This document shows positions 26,626-39,494 of a DNA stretch of 64,000 bases, one piece after another. The stretch is from Octopus vulgaris (taxonomy: Eukaryota): positions 67,580,001 through 67,644,000 of the forward strand of contig OX597815.1 in assembly GCA_951406725.2 (NCBI GenBank), given 5' to 3'. The position numbers and the translations under genes are program-made. The first letter of the stretch is position 1, and the number at the start of each line of letters is the position of its first letter. Below the pieces are notes generated by a model that was not told the DNA's origin, did not search any database, and was given only the letters and a program-made list of their open reading frames with translations.

Positions 26626-27901
26626 CGAGGGTATGTTGTTTCTGCAATTTATTAAAACAAAAGTAGTGGCTGAACAGTTATAGCATTTTTCGCCATAGCC
26701 CTCTTGCTTTTCGATGCGGTCCAGAAGCTTGCTTAATCCATCGGAGAAGGTTTTGGCTGGTTGCGCAGCCATTTATGTATCGCTTCCTGCACTTCGTCGA
26801 TTTGCAATCGACGACCTCGAAAACGATTTTGACAGTTCAGTGGTTATTGTCGGAAGGGGCTGGAACTGGACAGTACGCATCGGGTTCCAGCAACCCGAAA
26901 CCCAATTTTTCAACGGTTTTAGGGGTATAAGGATGGCTGTATATGGGATGCATTGCTATTCAGCAATAGACCTCGACGTTTGGTGCAAATTGCTGGTTTC
27001 AGTTTGTTGGCCAGTATTTCACTGGTTTTAGGGGTATAAGGATGGCTGTATATGGGATGCATTGCTATTCAGCAATAGACCTCGACGTTTGGTGCAAATT
27101 GCTGGTTTCAGTTTGTTGGCCAGTATTTCACTGTAGCCTACACTGATAGACCACTTTTCTAGGTAATGTTCCAATATAGGCCCTTTTACGTCCCCGGAAC
27201 GGTTAGCATAACTTTTTCTGCAGAAGTTTGAGTTTTGGATTTCTTTTCCACTCCATACTCTGCCTTTTCAATTCTGGCTGAAAGTGTCTCTTCTCCTGCG
27301 ACTGTTCTCTCCAAAAAATCTTCTCCTCCATCAGTGTTGTGGTTGAGCAAGCGTTGATAGATCTCCACACAATTATACTAATGCGCTTCGGTAAACTCTC
27401 TTGGCACCCATTTCGTCCATATTTTACAGAACCGACACTTGTTGTATGCAGAACTGTGACTGATTTGTAGAGAATGAGCCACCTCATCGATGGTCAGTCG
27501 CCGCTTCGCAAGAACCATCTTTCAATCTTATTGAATCTTCATGCCAGTGGGGAGGTTGATGGGCATTTTGCTTCCTCTTTGAACTTCACGCTTGTCTGGC
27601 TACTTCTAAATTTCTTGATCCACTCATACACACTTCTACGTGATAGAGCGCCGTCCCCGTATTAAACTGAAAATCTACGATGAATTCCAACCCTTCAGAC
27701 AAGAGAAATCGGAGCATTGATCTCTGTTTCTTCCTTGGTGCACACTACCAGCGGATCGGCCCTGTTTACTCTGTAAACACGATCAAACCTCGGTCATGTC
27801 ACCATAAGAGCATCACCTTCTAGCACGCGAGCGCTGAAGATAGTGCAGCTAACCCAAAGAATGTTTTGACGAAAGTGCCAATAATTTTTGATTTCCTCTT
27901 G
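26626..27901 (-). mobile_element. Mariner DNA transposon relic
   Basis: Minus-strand peptides KWVPREF, FLERTVAGEET, SAEKVMLTV and C-terminal FSDGLSKLLDR...GYGEK. Ends are TA-CGAGGG (left) and TA-CAAGAGGAAATCAAAAATTAT (right, reverse complement). Confidence 0.85.
26915..27133. repeat. Perfect 109-bp tandem duplication inside the mariner
   Basis: ggttttaggggtataagg...ccagtatttcact occurs at 26915 and again at 27024. Confidence 0.95.
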
Positions 27902-28359
27902 TATATATGTTGTGGTTGCTGTAGTTATTGTCTGTGGTATATAAGAAGAAGAGAAAGAAGCGCCAGAGGAAAAGAAAAAGTAGGAGACGGACAACGAGAA
28001 TGAGATGGAGAATGAGATGAAGAATAAGATGAAGAATGAAGAGAAATAAGTGGAGTAGAAGAGTGGGGATGAAAAAGAAGAGGCGGAGAAGGATGAGGAG
28101 AAAAGGAAGAGGTGGAGGAGAAGGATATGGATGAACAGGAAGAGAATGTTGACGTAGAGGTTCCCTCCCTTTGGTTCCACGTCGCTGCATGTATTGTCGT
28201 CGATAGAAGTACGCTGTTATGAATTACAATAGTTTTACTGCTTTATGGTGTTCAGGGGGTCACAGGGAAATACACCAAATTAAGGTACCTTTTTTTCCTC
28301 TACAGTTCCGTAAATTGAAGTACAGCAATTATTGCTTTAAAATTCAAGGTCACCAATTT

Positions 28360-28540
28360 TAGGGGAAAGGGTTAAGTCGATTACATCGACCCGTGTTCAA
28401 CCGGTACTTATTTCATCGACCTCGAAAGGATGAAAGGCAAAGTCGATCTTGGTAGAATTTGAACACAGAACATAAGAATGGACGAAATGCTGATCAGCAT
28501 TTTGCCCGGTACGGTAATGATTCTATTACTTCACCGTCTT
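28360..28540 (-). mobile_element. Family A SINE
   Basis: aagtcgattacatcgacc...gaaaggatgaaaggcaaagtcga. Confidence 0.85.
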
Positions 28541-28554
28541 ATGGTACAGTAATT

Positions 28555-28966
28555 ATTAAATCAGTCAAATGGTATCCATTATTGTCCACACACTGTCGAA
28601 GGCGTTCACGAAAGTTGTCAATAACTCGGCGGGTCATTTCATGCGATTTTTTTCTCTGGGGATACCTCAAGTCAAAGGTATACATTAATCGCCCTCGATC
28701 TATTGAACAACTTAAAGATGCAATTCGTCAAGAAATTACTGCCATTCCACATGAAATGACCCGCCGAGTTATTGACAACTTTCGTGAATGCCTTCGACAG
28801 TGTGTGGACAATAATGGATCCCATTTAACTGATTTAATTTTTAAAACATAATGAAACAAAATGGCATTACATGTACTTTTCAAAAATAAAAACACTGTTT
28901 TGTTTCTATACTTCATTTGCCTTTTATTTAACCTAAAAATGTGTCAGATCATTTTGCCTGACCCTG
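28555..28966 (+). mobile_element. Tc1/mariner 3' fragment with right TIR, preceded by an inverted duplicate of part of itself
   Basis: CDFFLWGYLKSKVY...LKDAIRQEITAIP...RQCVDNNGSHL; terminus ...ctgaccctg|TA; 28555-28643 is the reverse complement of 28750-28838. Confidence 0.85.
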
Positions 28967-29041
28967 TATATAATTGTCTTGAGAAAGAAGATTGATTAGA
29001 GGTTTGGACTAGAAGTGTTCAAGAGTAACTTGAGACGAAAG

Positions 29042-32000
29042 ATATAAATATGTAATGTGAAGAAACAAAAGACCTGCTAATTCAATCCGTAAACATGACT
29101 CCGATTAGAGATGGATTTAAAGGACAAATGACAGAATAAAAATATACAAATACACAAATATTTTTTTAATCTATAAATAAATAAATATAATTAAAAATAT
29201 ATGTGTATAAATTAATAAATTTTAAAAAAATCTCCGGATGGAGGCATAAAAACGTTAAAACATGCGTGTATTGATAAAAATATTTCTTTATTGCCCACAG
29301 GGGTTAACCATAGAAGGGACAAACAAGGAGAGACAAAGGAATTGAGTGGATTACATTGACCCCAGTGCATAACTGGTACTTATATAATTGACCCCGAAAG
29401 GATGAAAGGCAAAGTCGACCTCGGCGGAATTTGAACTCAGAACGTAACGGCAGACGAAATACCTATTTATTTACTACCCACAAGGGGCTAAATACAGAGG
29501 GGACGAACAAGGACAGACAAACGGATTAAGTCGATTATATCGATCCCAGTTCGTAACTGGTCCTTAATTTATCGGCCCCGAAAGGATGAAAGGCAAAGTC
29601 AACCTCGGCGGAATTTGAACTCAGAACGTAACGGCAGACGAAATACGGCTACGCATTTCACCCGGCGTGCTAACGTTTCTCCCAGCTCGCCGTCCTATAT
29701 AGGTAAAAATATTGGAGAAAGTCTGAAGTGTTGATAGAAGCGAACTAAACGATACAATGAGGATCGAAGTTAAAATTCGGAATAGTTAAAATCAGTTAAA
29801 GTAGGGTACCAACGACCATTTCTGGGGGTTCATTGCAGGAAAATAAAGGGATATAGTAGCCATTATTTGGCAATTCCTTCTTCTTCAGGGTAACTGGTTG
29901 TCCAGGACGAATGAGGAATAGTAGAGGTTGGGTTATTTTTATATAGATAATATGCATGGGTGAAGAAGGTAAAGAATTAAATATATTCTAACGAAAATAT
30001 TAATAAAAAGAAATAAAGCTTGTTTTAAGATATATCCTAGTTCAATTCTAATCAAAGTCACTATAGTGCAAGAATGTTGTTTAAGTTTTATGTTTGCATG
30101 AGAAAACCACGCCTGACAATTTGTTTAGTAATGATGGGTTGTGCGTTCGAAGAATGAGCGCTTCCATTATACATAATTTACACCTACCTAAGTTAGGTTG
30201 TTAGGGCTTCAGATTCAATGGACTATTTTAATGTATAGATTTTGTTTTCTGCTTTGAGCTTGTGGATATATTTACCCAGCATAGTAGCGGTTTTATGAAT
30301 AACGTTATACCGCGTACAATGCCCAGTAAGGAGACAGGAATCTTTTACGCAACAATTGCATCTTTTTATTGGTTTTTGCTGTTTCGTTTTTAATTTAGAT
30401 AAATTTGGGGCTAGGTATTAGTTTGCTGGCCAGTAGTGTTATTTAGATTGTGGGTATCAATTTTAGACTGAGCAATCGTATTGGAGTTAAGAGTTGTGTG
30501 TGTTTTATTGTTAGGAAATCGACCTAGAGTTTTGTGTTTATTTGACTTACTGGATTTAGCTGACTGTGCACTAATTTTCGATTTATTAATAGAAGATATT
30601 ATCGACCCTAAATTGGGAGTTGTAGAGAAAACCGAATGAATATGGAATAGTATTTATGGTGTCTCGGAAAGTTTGTTTTTAAAATTTTGAAAAGTTTCGG
30701 TAACTATCTTATTTGAAGGGAAAAGAGAGGGGCGTACCAAATGATTTCAGGTTTTCTCGATTTGGATACGTTGTTGGGCATTGTTATATTTTTATTTAGG
30801 GTATCATACGAATTTAATGTAGATTTCTGGTATGGCCGGTGTGGTTTTTTGTGTAATTTTGATTCCGAATTATATAATTGATTTTCAGTAGAGGCAGATT
30901 TCATAGGTTTGATATTGTTTTCGGGTAATGTGTTTGCTAGTTTTGTTTTTAGTATAGTATTATGCATATAAAATATTTTTTCCTGGAAACAAGTTAACTG
31001 TAATGCTTGGTTGTAATGTGTTGCGTGGTTGTTAAATAATGTCTCGTTAGCAGATAAATTCAAGATCCTTATAGAAATTCCGGTTATAATATTTTTATGG
31101 TACTTGTAGGATGATTGGAGAGAACATTGATGTACTGTAGCATTTGATTCGGTTTATGATATAGTTGGTATAAGTCAGTATTTAGATTCAGCGTAACATC
31201 GAAAAAATTGGCTACATTGGTATCGGTTTCAAATAAAATATGTAAGTTACAGTAATTTTTTTAGAAATTTTAGTACCTTTTTTTAGTTCGTTCGACTGCT
31301 GGTTTGGATAATCCGCTAGTAGTGAGAAGAGCTTCATCCATGTATAATCCGCCTGCTATTTGGAGGCAGTTTGATTTAATTTGTGATAATAAAAGTAGGC
31401 CCTCCAGATCTGTAATTTGTGCAGAGTCCGATGAACGCACTGTTATATCAAAATTATCATGTGTATTGGTCCCTGTCCAATTTGTGTTGTTAAAATGAAT
31501 TAGAGATTTTCTGGCGGTTAATATAATGTCGATATCCTGTCGGGAAATTGCTGTGAAATTACGAGCAAAGATTAAAATTTTATTAAGGAGGATTGGTGAG
31601 ATTGAAGCATAATAGTTTGATATATCGAATTGTATAAACTGGGTATAATGTTTATCCTTAATTGAATGAAACTAGGTAATAACGTCTCCGGTTGAATTCC
31701 ATAAGGGAAGTTTTACGTTTGTTCTAATCTTAGGAATGGTTCTATCAAGTTTACACTTTGCGATTCTACTCAGGTCTGACTTTGTGGGGCAAATAAGTCT
31801 TATAGAAGGTTTAGAATAAAAGTTCGACTTCTAGTCCTTTAAAGTGAAGTGGGGAATTTTAAGTTCGTATGGTGTAGTCCTATCCAATAAATTCAAGTTT
31901 TTATGCCTTCATCCGATTTTTAAAAATCTATTAATTTACACACATATATATTTTTAATATATTTATTTATAGATTAAAAAATAATCTGTGTATTTATATA

Positions 32001-32106
32001 TTTTTATTCTATCTTGTACATTTGTCCTTTAAATCCATCCCTAATCGAAGTCATGTTTGCGGATTGAATTAGCAGGTCTTTTGTTTCTTCACATTACATA
32101 TTTATA

Positions 32107-32107
<1 letters not shown>
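29042..32107 (-). mobile_element. Penelope-like element, 5'-truncated, bounded by about 210-bp inverted repeats (29042-29253 / 31897-32107)
   Basis: Minus-strand peptides FTLKD*KSNF, RLICPTKSDL, FIQFDISNYYASIS, FDITVRSSDSAQ, GLYMDEAL (YxDD-like), NFFDVTLNL, SNHP, IIWYAPLFS and CNCCVKDSCLLTGHC match PLE RT and linker motifs; many stops. Confidence 0.88.
29281..29695 (-). mobile_element. Two family A SINEs in tandem (29281-29463 truncated, 29464-29695 complete) inside the Penelope 3' region
   Basis: Two successive gaaaggatgaaaggcaaagtc.acctcggcggaatttgaactcagaacgtaacggcagacgaaatac blocks. Confidence 0.9.
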
Positions 32108-32164
<57 letters not shown>

Positions 32165-32204
32165 CACACAATTATATACACACACACACGCACACATATA
32201 TATG

Positions 32205-32325
32205 ACTGGGTTTCCTTCTACCAAATTCACTCATGAGCAGTGGTCGGGATGGGAACTATAGTAGAAGACACTTGCTCAAGATGCCGTGCAATGGGCTTTA
32301 GTATTTTTAACCACATAGCCATGCG
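32205..32325 (-). mobile_element. Family B SINE head, deleted and diverged
   Basis: ctatagtagaagacacttgctcaagatgccgtgca. Confidence 0.65.
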
Positions 32326-33082
32326 TGCGTCTATTAATTTCGATTATGCTAAAGGCTAATTTCTCTGTTTTAAATCATAGAAAAATTGTAGTAAATCATT
32401 TCTTCTTTTTTGTCAGTTACTACAATGAAGTCAAGTGATTTATGCGTATCGGCGGTGTTCTTAACGTGAGCGGAGGACCGAACACGAACCATCGATTATT
32501 TCCAGTCGGGCACCAAATAGACAGTAGCCATTTCTGTCTCTTAAAAACAATTTATGTTAAACAGTCTAGAAATAAAAAGGCATTGGAAAATCTCAAAGAA
32601 TAATGTTGTTCGATGTGTGGAAAAGCAGATCCCAAATTGAGATTAATGGTGTCCTTAAATTGTGATTCTCACTATGTGTTCGTGCACGTGCGAATTTGCA
32701 TGTGTGTAATGTGAAGTGTAAGCAATGAGTGTGTGTGTATGACGTGATGTGTGTGTGTATGTGGTGTATGAGTGGTCTGGTGTGGTGTGTGTATGTGTGT
32801 GTGTGTATGTGTGTGTATGTATGAGTTTACAGATGAGCCACCCTACGTTGCAGTACCATGAGAAATATACAAAATATCAGGCACTGTTGAAAGTATTTTC
32901 TTTCGACTTATCATCACATGCTTTACAATCAATGAAGCTAAGGTCAACATAGTGATCTGAACACAAGATAATTGGTTTATTGATTTCTATGGTTTTTGCA
33001 TTAAGCCTGTGAAAATATGGCGGCGATCTAAGTATACACGTATACATACATAAATACATACATACATACATGCATACATAAA

Positions 33083-33127
<45 letters not shown>

Positions 33128-33131
33128 ACAC

Positions 33132-33183
<52 letters not shown>

Positions 33184-33368
33184 ATATGTGTGTGTGTATA
33201 TATCTATATATAAAATGCATATATTGTGATTATAGAGTAGAAGGCTTCATTGTACTATTTCTTCCAGTGTATATATGATTCCTAAAAATATTTGAAACTT
33301 TTGATCTTCCATAACATTTTCTTTTGAATCATTGGAGCATGTTCGAGGAATGCATCTTCGTATATATT

Positions 33369-33400
<32 letters not shown>

Positions 33401-33794
33401 TGTATGTACATATATATGTGTGTGTGTATGTGTGTGTGTATGTATGAGTGCGTGAGTGTGCGTGTGTAGATAGATATAGTTATACAGATTTATTACACAT
33501 ATATACACGCATACACATATGTATGTATACATACATATATACGTGTGTTTGTGTGTATGTGTGTGTGTGTATGTGTGTGTGTGTATGTGTGTGTATGTGT
33601 GTGTGTGTGTGTGTGTGTGTATGAATTGCACATAGTTTTGCAATCGTGCTTTGATTTGCAATCATATGTTTAAACTAAAAAAAGTGCAACATTGCATAGT
33701 CACTATAAACTTTAAAAACACCATATATACTCTGCTATATTCCATTTTTACCTGGACAACATGTTTCAAAATTATTATTACCAACATTGTTATT

Positions 33795-33859
<65 letters not shown>

Positions 33860-33869
33860 TGTTATTATT

Positions 33870-34055
33870 ATTGAGACAAAATCGTACCGCTCTGGGGAAA
33901 ATGATTAACGGCATTTGGTCCATCTTTATGTTCAAATTCCATTGAGATCGGCTTTCTCTTACATCTTTTAGGGGTAGATAAAACAAGTTGAGCTCTTGAG
34001 TCGATGTAATCGACGTACCCCTCCCCGAAAATCCTGGCCTTTTTTTCAAAATTTG
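33870..34055 (+). mobile_element. Family A SINE, diverged
   Basis: gttcaaattcc...gtcgatgtaatcgac, between (TTA)n tracts. Confidence 0.65.
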
Positions 34056-34504
34056 AAATCACTATTATTATTATTATTATTATTATTATTGTCATCATTT
34101 AGCATCTCTGAATGTCATACATTCCCGCTCCCTTTATTGTTTTAGTTCCCCTCGTCCAGTGTGACTGATTCGCTGCATTTTATTAAATATAAGATAAGAT
34201 AAGATAAGTTAAGCAGAATGAACTTTCAAATGCAAAAGACAAACAGAACAACTAAGTAGAGTCACTGTTATAGCAAGAGCGTAGAAATGCTGTCGGATAA
34301 TTTAGAAAACTGTCTCATTAAGCATTATGAAATGAATGCAAAAATAAACAGAATGACTCCAGCTTGTGTCGAATGAATTAAGAAGGTTAAATCTTATAAA
34401 TTGGATCAAATTAAACAGTTCCAAACGCTGAAGTGTTACTCACAAAAAGTATAAGTATAAGTATATCTATATATATACACATTGATACGTAGCGTCTTAT
34501 TATT

Positions 34505-35056
34505 ATTACTAATGAGTGAAAGAGCAGTGCATGCCATCAAAGTATCAGTGGGGTAAAAGATACGAAGCACAGCATACCCATCATGATTACCCGTCTGATA
34601 AGGGTACACCAGGCACATAGTTCATAACCATATATGCGTGACATGATGATCTCATATCAAGATAAACAGCTCATGACCTTACAGGTGGGGCCTAGTTAGA
34701 AATTCCTTCAGATCGAGTAGCCTATCCCGCTCAAATAGTCCTTGAATAAGGGTTGTTTAAAGATGTTGAACGAAACACCCATGTTTTCAGAGGTGAACTA
34801 TTCAAATCCCAAAGAATTCCCCTCAACACATGGCTGTGATGCCCCCCCCCCAACTTCTGCTCGTGATCAGAGATGCACATATCGTCTGCCGCTAATGGAT
34901 ATGCTCAACTGGTAATGGTTTAACAACTGAAAGCAAATCTGGTATTGAGCAGAATATTTGCTGTAGCCTATCTTTTATACCAAGACAAAACAAAGTACAT
35001 GATAGCACTTCCAATCAGTTAAGCTCAGAAGCCATGAGAGTCACTGCCCGGTACTG
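34505..35056 (-). repeat. Probable interspersed repeat (LINE 3' end/UTR-like) bounded by TTA tracts
   Basis: Balanced-composition block ending on the minus strand in cattagtaataataa. No coding motif recognised, and it is single copy within this window. Confidence 0.35.
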
Positions 35057-35065
35057 TTGTTGTTG

Positions 35066-35134
<69 letters not shown>

Positions 35135-35135
<1 letters not shown>

Positions 35136-35345
35136 GGCGGCGTACCGGTAGAACCGTTAGCACGCAGGACAACGAACTTAGCGGCATTTCGTCCGTCTTT
35201 ACCTTTTGAGATCACCCTCCACCGAGTCTACTTTGCCTTTCATCCTTTCGTAGTCGATAAAATATGTACATGGTGAGCCCTGGTATTGATGTAATCAACT
35301 AGCCTCCTCCAAAACAAATCTAGTCCTTGTGCCTACGGTAGAAAG
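35135..35345 (+). mobile_element. Family A SINE after (TTA)n
   Basis: aaggcggcgtaccggtagaaccgttagcacg...ctttgcctttcatcctttcg. Confidence 0.85.
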
Positions 35346-35356
35346 TGTTATTATCA

Positions 35357-36555
35357 CTAGCAGGACTCGTGAATATTTCGCAGAATTAATGGTAAACCTA
35401 TTGGGTTATTCCTGAAAACTCTATCTAAAAAACCTGAAAGCGTAGCCTGTGTTGTGTGTATTAAAAGATAGTCGCTCATCTGCTGTTCATTGAAAGTGAA
35501 GAACAGTGAAATACGATGATTTCTTGATGTATTTTATATATATATATATATATACTTTATGCACAATTTTATAGACTTAATACACTGCACTCATAAAATA
35601 AATATTCTCTCTTATTTTACCATTTTTCTCATAAATAGAAAAAATTACATTTTAAAATTTACATGGTCACAATTTCAAATCTAGAAATCAAAAAATTTAT
35701 AGTAAAAAAAATATTTTATATGTAAGATATAGGGGTCACAGTTTCACGGGGGTAAAAATTTAATGCAATATGGCATACTCTGAAAACCACATTGTGGGTA
35801 ACTTATAAGCCAATACACATTTCAAGTTGTGTACGCCTTTCAATCCAATACTTCTTTGCCGACTATGTTTGTCTGTTTTGATAACTTAAACTCTCATATC
35901 AGATAATTTGCGAGCCCTTGAGAATGCAACATATAGCTGACTATGGTCGAATACAGGTTCAGGCAAGAACAGCGCCACTTTATCAAATGTCTGCCCTTGT
36001 GATTTATTGACAGCCATTGCATATGACAGGCGAACGGAAAACTGGTTTCTTTCTTAAGTGAATGGCAAGTTTAGGATGAGCATGCGTTAAGTGATACGTA
36101 ATATAAAAAACTTCGTTCAATTAAAAACAAAATTACTTTTCCCTATGCACTCACCATCATCACCACCTTCACCACCCCCACCACTACCATCACCTCTCTC
36201 TCATTCTCTTCCTCCCTTCTCTCTCTCTCTCTCTCTCTCTGCCTTTCTTTAACCTCACCATCAAAACATCACCTCTCTGCTAAAATTATATTCCTAACTT
36301 TCCTCTATATCACTACCTTCAATTAACATTCTTAACCACGTTACAAATATTACGTTCCTCCTACCACAGGTCATGGACGCTTTTCTCTCCCTCTTCTCTC
36401 TCTCTGCCTCTTTTTCTTTTTCTCTCTTTCTGCCTCACTCGTCACCTCATCCTCTTTTTCACTCTGCCTCGTTCCTTTCTCCCTCTTTTTCTCTAATCAC
36501 GTGAAAGCGTTACCGACGGGCGAAGTAACGTAATGACAAGCAGAATTATTATAAG

Positions 36556-36556
<1 letters not shown>
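35357..36556 (-). mobile_element. Internally deleted Helitron retaining the Pif1 helicase C-terminus
   Basis: Minus 35900-36060 reads [43 protein letters not shown] (SF1 motifs V/VI). Candidate termini are A|TC at 36556 and CTAG|T at 35357. Confidence 0.8.
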
Positions 36557-36588
<32 letters not shown>

Positions 36589-37064
36589 GTTGTTGTTGTT
36601 GTTGCTGTTGTTGTTATCATTATTATTCACAATCTCTGCTTCAACAACCATACTACACTACTCCACACTTTAGCCATTAGCACCAGTACGGGACACGTAC
36701 AACATAGTGATTTAATATAACTTTACTGAAGTTCACATTTTCTGAATTATTTCTTTTACTACTTATAAAACACTAAAACTTCTGACATTTGTTTTATTAA
36801 ACGATGGTCACGTTTACTTTATAAAATACTTGTTTGTATTAAGACTTGACCGAAATACAGGGCGGCTTGAGCGAAAGCTGACATTTTATATTCGCTAGGT
36901 GCGCTTTGCGATTTCAGACCAACTGTCAATATATACTATGATACCTAATGAGAATAACTTGATGTCTCTTGTCGTAGATGACAGATTAGTGTTCTGTAAT
37001 TCGTTTATAGTGATCACATGCTTGTGCTGCACATTAGCTACCTCACTCCATCAAATTGACATTG

Positions 37065-37210
37065 CCAATACAGGTCCACGGTGTGCCACACATCAAACGT
37101 CGAAGTGATCGCAGAGCAACGGGAAATGAGTTTTACTCAAAAACCCAATGTGCCGCTGGTTTTAGGAATGAAACTACGATCTTGCTATCATCAGCACAAT
37201 ACCGTAATGA
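37065..37210 (-). mobile_element. Old tRNA-headed SINE fragment
   Basis: Minus strand caagatcgtagtttcattcc...ttgagtaaaactcatttc resembles the head at 61820. Confidence 0.45.
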
Positions 37211-38855
37211 GAATACTGTATGGTTGACGGTTGTTTCGTTGGAGTGCAGTGTTGAGGTCTTCCTGATTACTGTTGGAGAAGGTTGGAGATGGATTATAGC
37301 TGAAGGATGATGGATTGCTATGGTTACATTTCAATGGCGTCCTAAGAACCCAGTAGGTGACGGAATTACCGTCATCACGCACTACATATTAATATAATTT
37401 ATCACTGTAAATGAAGTTGTTTATATATGCCGATAACTTAGAGACCTTGTGCCTATGGAAGAAATCAATATTTCACATAAAGTTAGTTGCAATGTTATTT
37501 ACAAAACACTTCGAATGAAACGCTAATTACGTGAACTTTGTATCACGATAGAGTAGTACTTTCATTCACGCAAATCTCCTACAAGCTATTGACACAAAAA
37601 TTCCACCCAAGGCATTCGTAGCTGGAAACATTAGAGATTATTCTATAGACGCTATAATACAAACCTTTCACTTAATGAAGGAACGTCAAAGATTATGTAC
37701 AAATATTTAGGAGGGCCTAAATAGGATATTGAAGTAATCCATCCATTTAAACTTAACCTTCACATGCTATTAATTCATTAATAATGTCAATATTCTAACT
37801 TTACTGGCACTAAACACAAATTACCCACTCAAAAAAATACTTCGATGACAATTCATAATAGCCTGCATCTCGGGAACAGATAATGGAGGCAAATAAAATA
37901 TGAAATATATAAAAACAAACTGAATTTTTATGTGATGCTAGCAGCACAATATCTTACATCGAGTGTTATAAATTAATTATTAATATGGCTTCTATACTGA
38001 GTGAAAAAATAGAGATATGCTTATAAATAATCGCAAGACTACAGCAGTTGGTTTAACACTACACAAAGTCTTGAATGTGTGGTTTAACGAGAAGTGTAAT
38101 GAGGGAATATAAACGGAGATTTTAATCAAAATTATTGTTGCAGCTGTTGTAGAGTTGCAGTTAGTTGGATCGTTAACCGAATAGCTAAAAACTTGAGATT
38201 GATATCTCATTCATCGTGAAAATGTGAATAAGTACCACAGCAAAGCATAATTTATCGCATTGTGAACCTGTGGGGATTTTATAAAGTTGGTGCAGTTTTC
38301 CATAGATATTAATAATGAGCTCGAATTCAACTCTAACACAGTGAAGCTCTCTCGATGAGAACCTAATCCAATGGCATATTTAAGAAAATAAATATAACTA
38401 CTGGACTTATCAACTGCTAACAGTCAATGGCATGAAATTTAGATTTCTTTCATGGACATACTACTGATCCTCATTGTTTAGTTCTAAACCTTCCGACATC
38501 TTCAGCCTGAGTTTCAAGGAGTCATAGCACTTCAATGTCACCCCACTCAAAATATAAGGGATTTACCATAGGTCGCTATCAACAATTTAAAAGAAAACAT
38601 TTGTTAATCCTATTCTGTATACTCTTTGATGAAACTACATGGCACAGGAGACACCGATGAGAGCACCGTTTTCAAATGCTCCCTTGCACCTAATACTGAA
38701 CGTAATGTTAAAATAGACGTCATGGAAATACCCCAGCATCGCCACTGACGAAGAACTGCGATATTTTATAGTATAATGCTTGAAAACGTGACAGGTGAGA
38801 TCAGAGATCGGGAAATGGGGCACAAAATGGTGACAAAATCAAACTATTCGATATA

Positions 38856-39148
<293 letters not shown>

Positions 39149-39494
39149 TTATGTAATAATAAATTGACTTCAAAAATTAATAAGAGTATTGTATGTGTGT
39201 GTATAATATTAACAGTATCCCTTTATTTCGAAATTTAGGCGTTAAAACTGGCTTCAACGGCAACACTTCAAAATGAATATTATTTCCATTCGGCGAACAG
39301 TGTTTGCACCCTTTAATTTGCCATTTAGTCAAAACTGTACTTTTAAATGTAATTGAAATTAACCTAGAAGGTATTTACCTGCTTTTAACATGTTTTATAT
39401 GTATGATGTATTTTACAGTTTAAGGAAATGAAAGCTTAAAAAAGATAAAGCTTATATTTATATATATAGGTGTGTGTGTGTGTGTGTACACACA

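Noticed and set aside
29232-29272. Possible hammerhead in the Penelope terminal repeat (cggatggaggc...gttaaaacatgc)
   Set aside because: Both conserved boxes are altered, so it cannot be supported.
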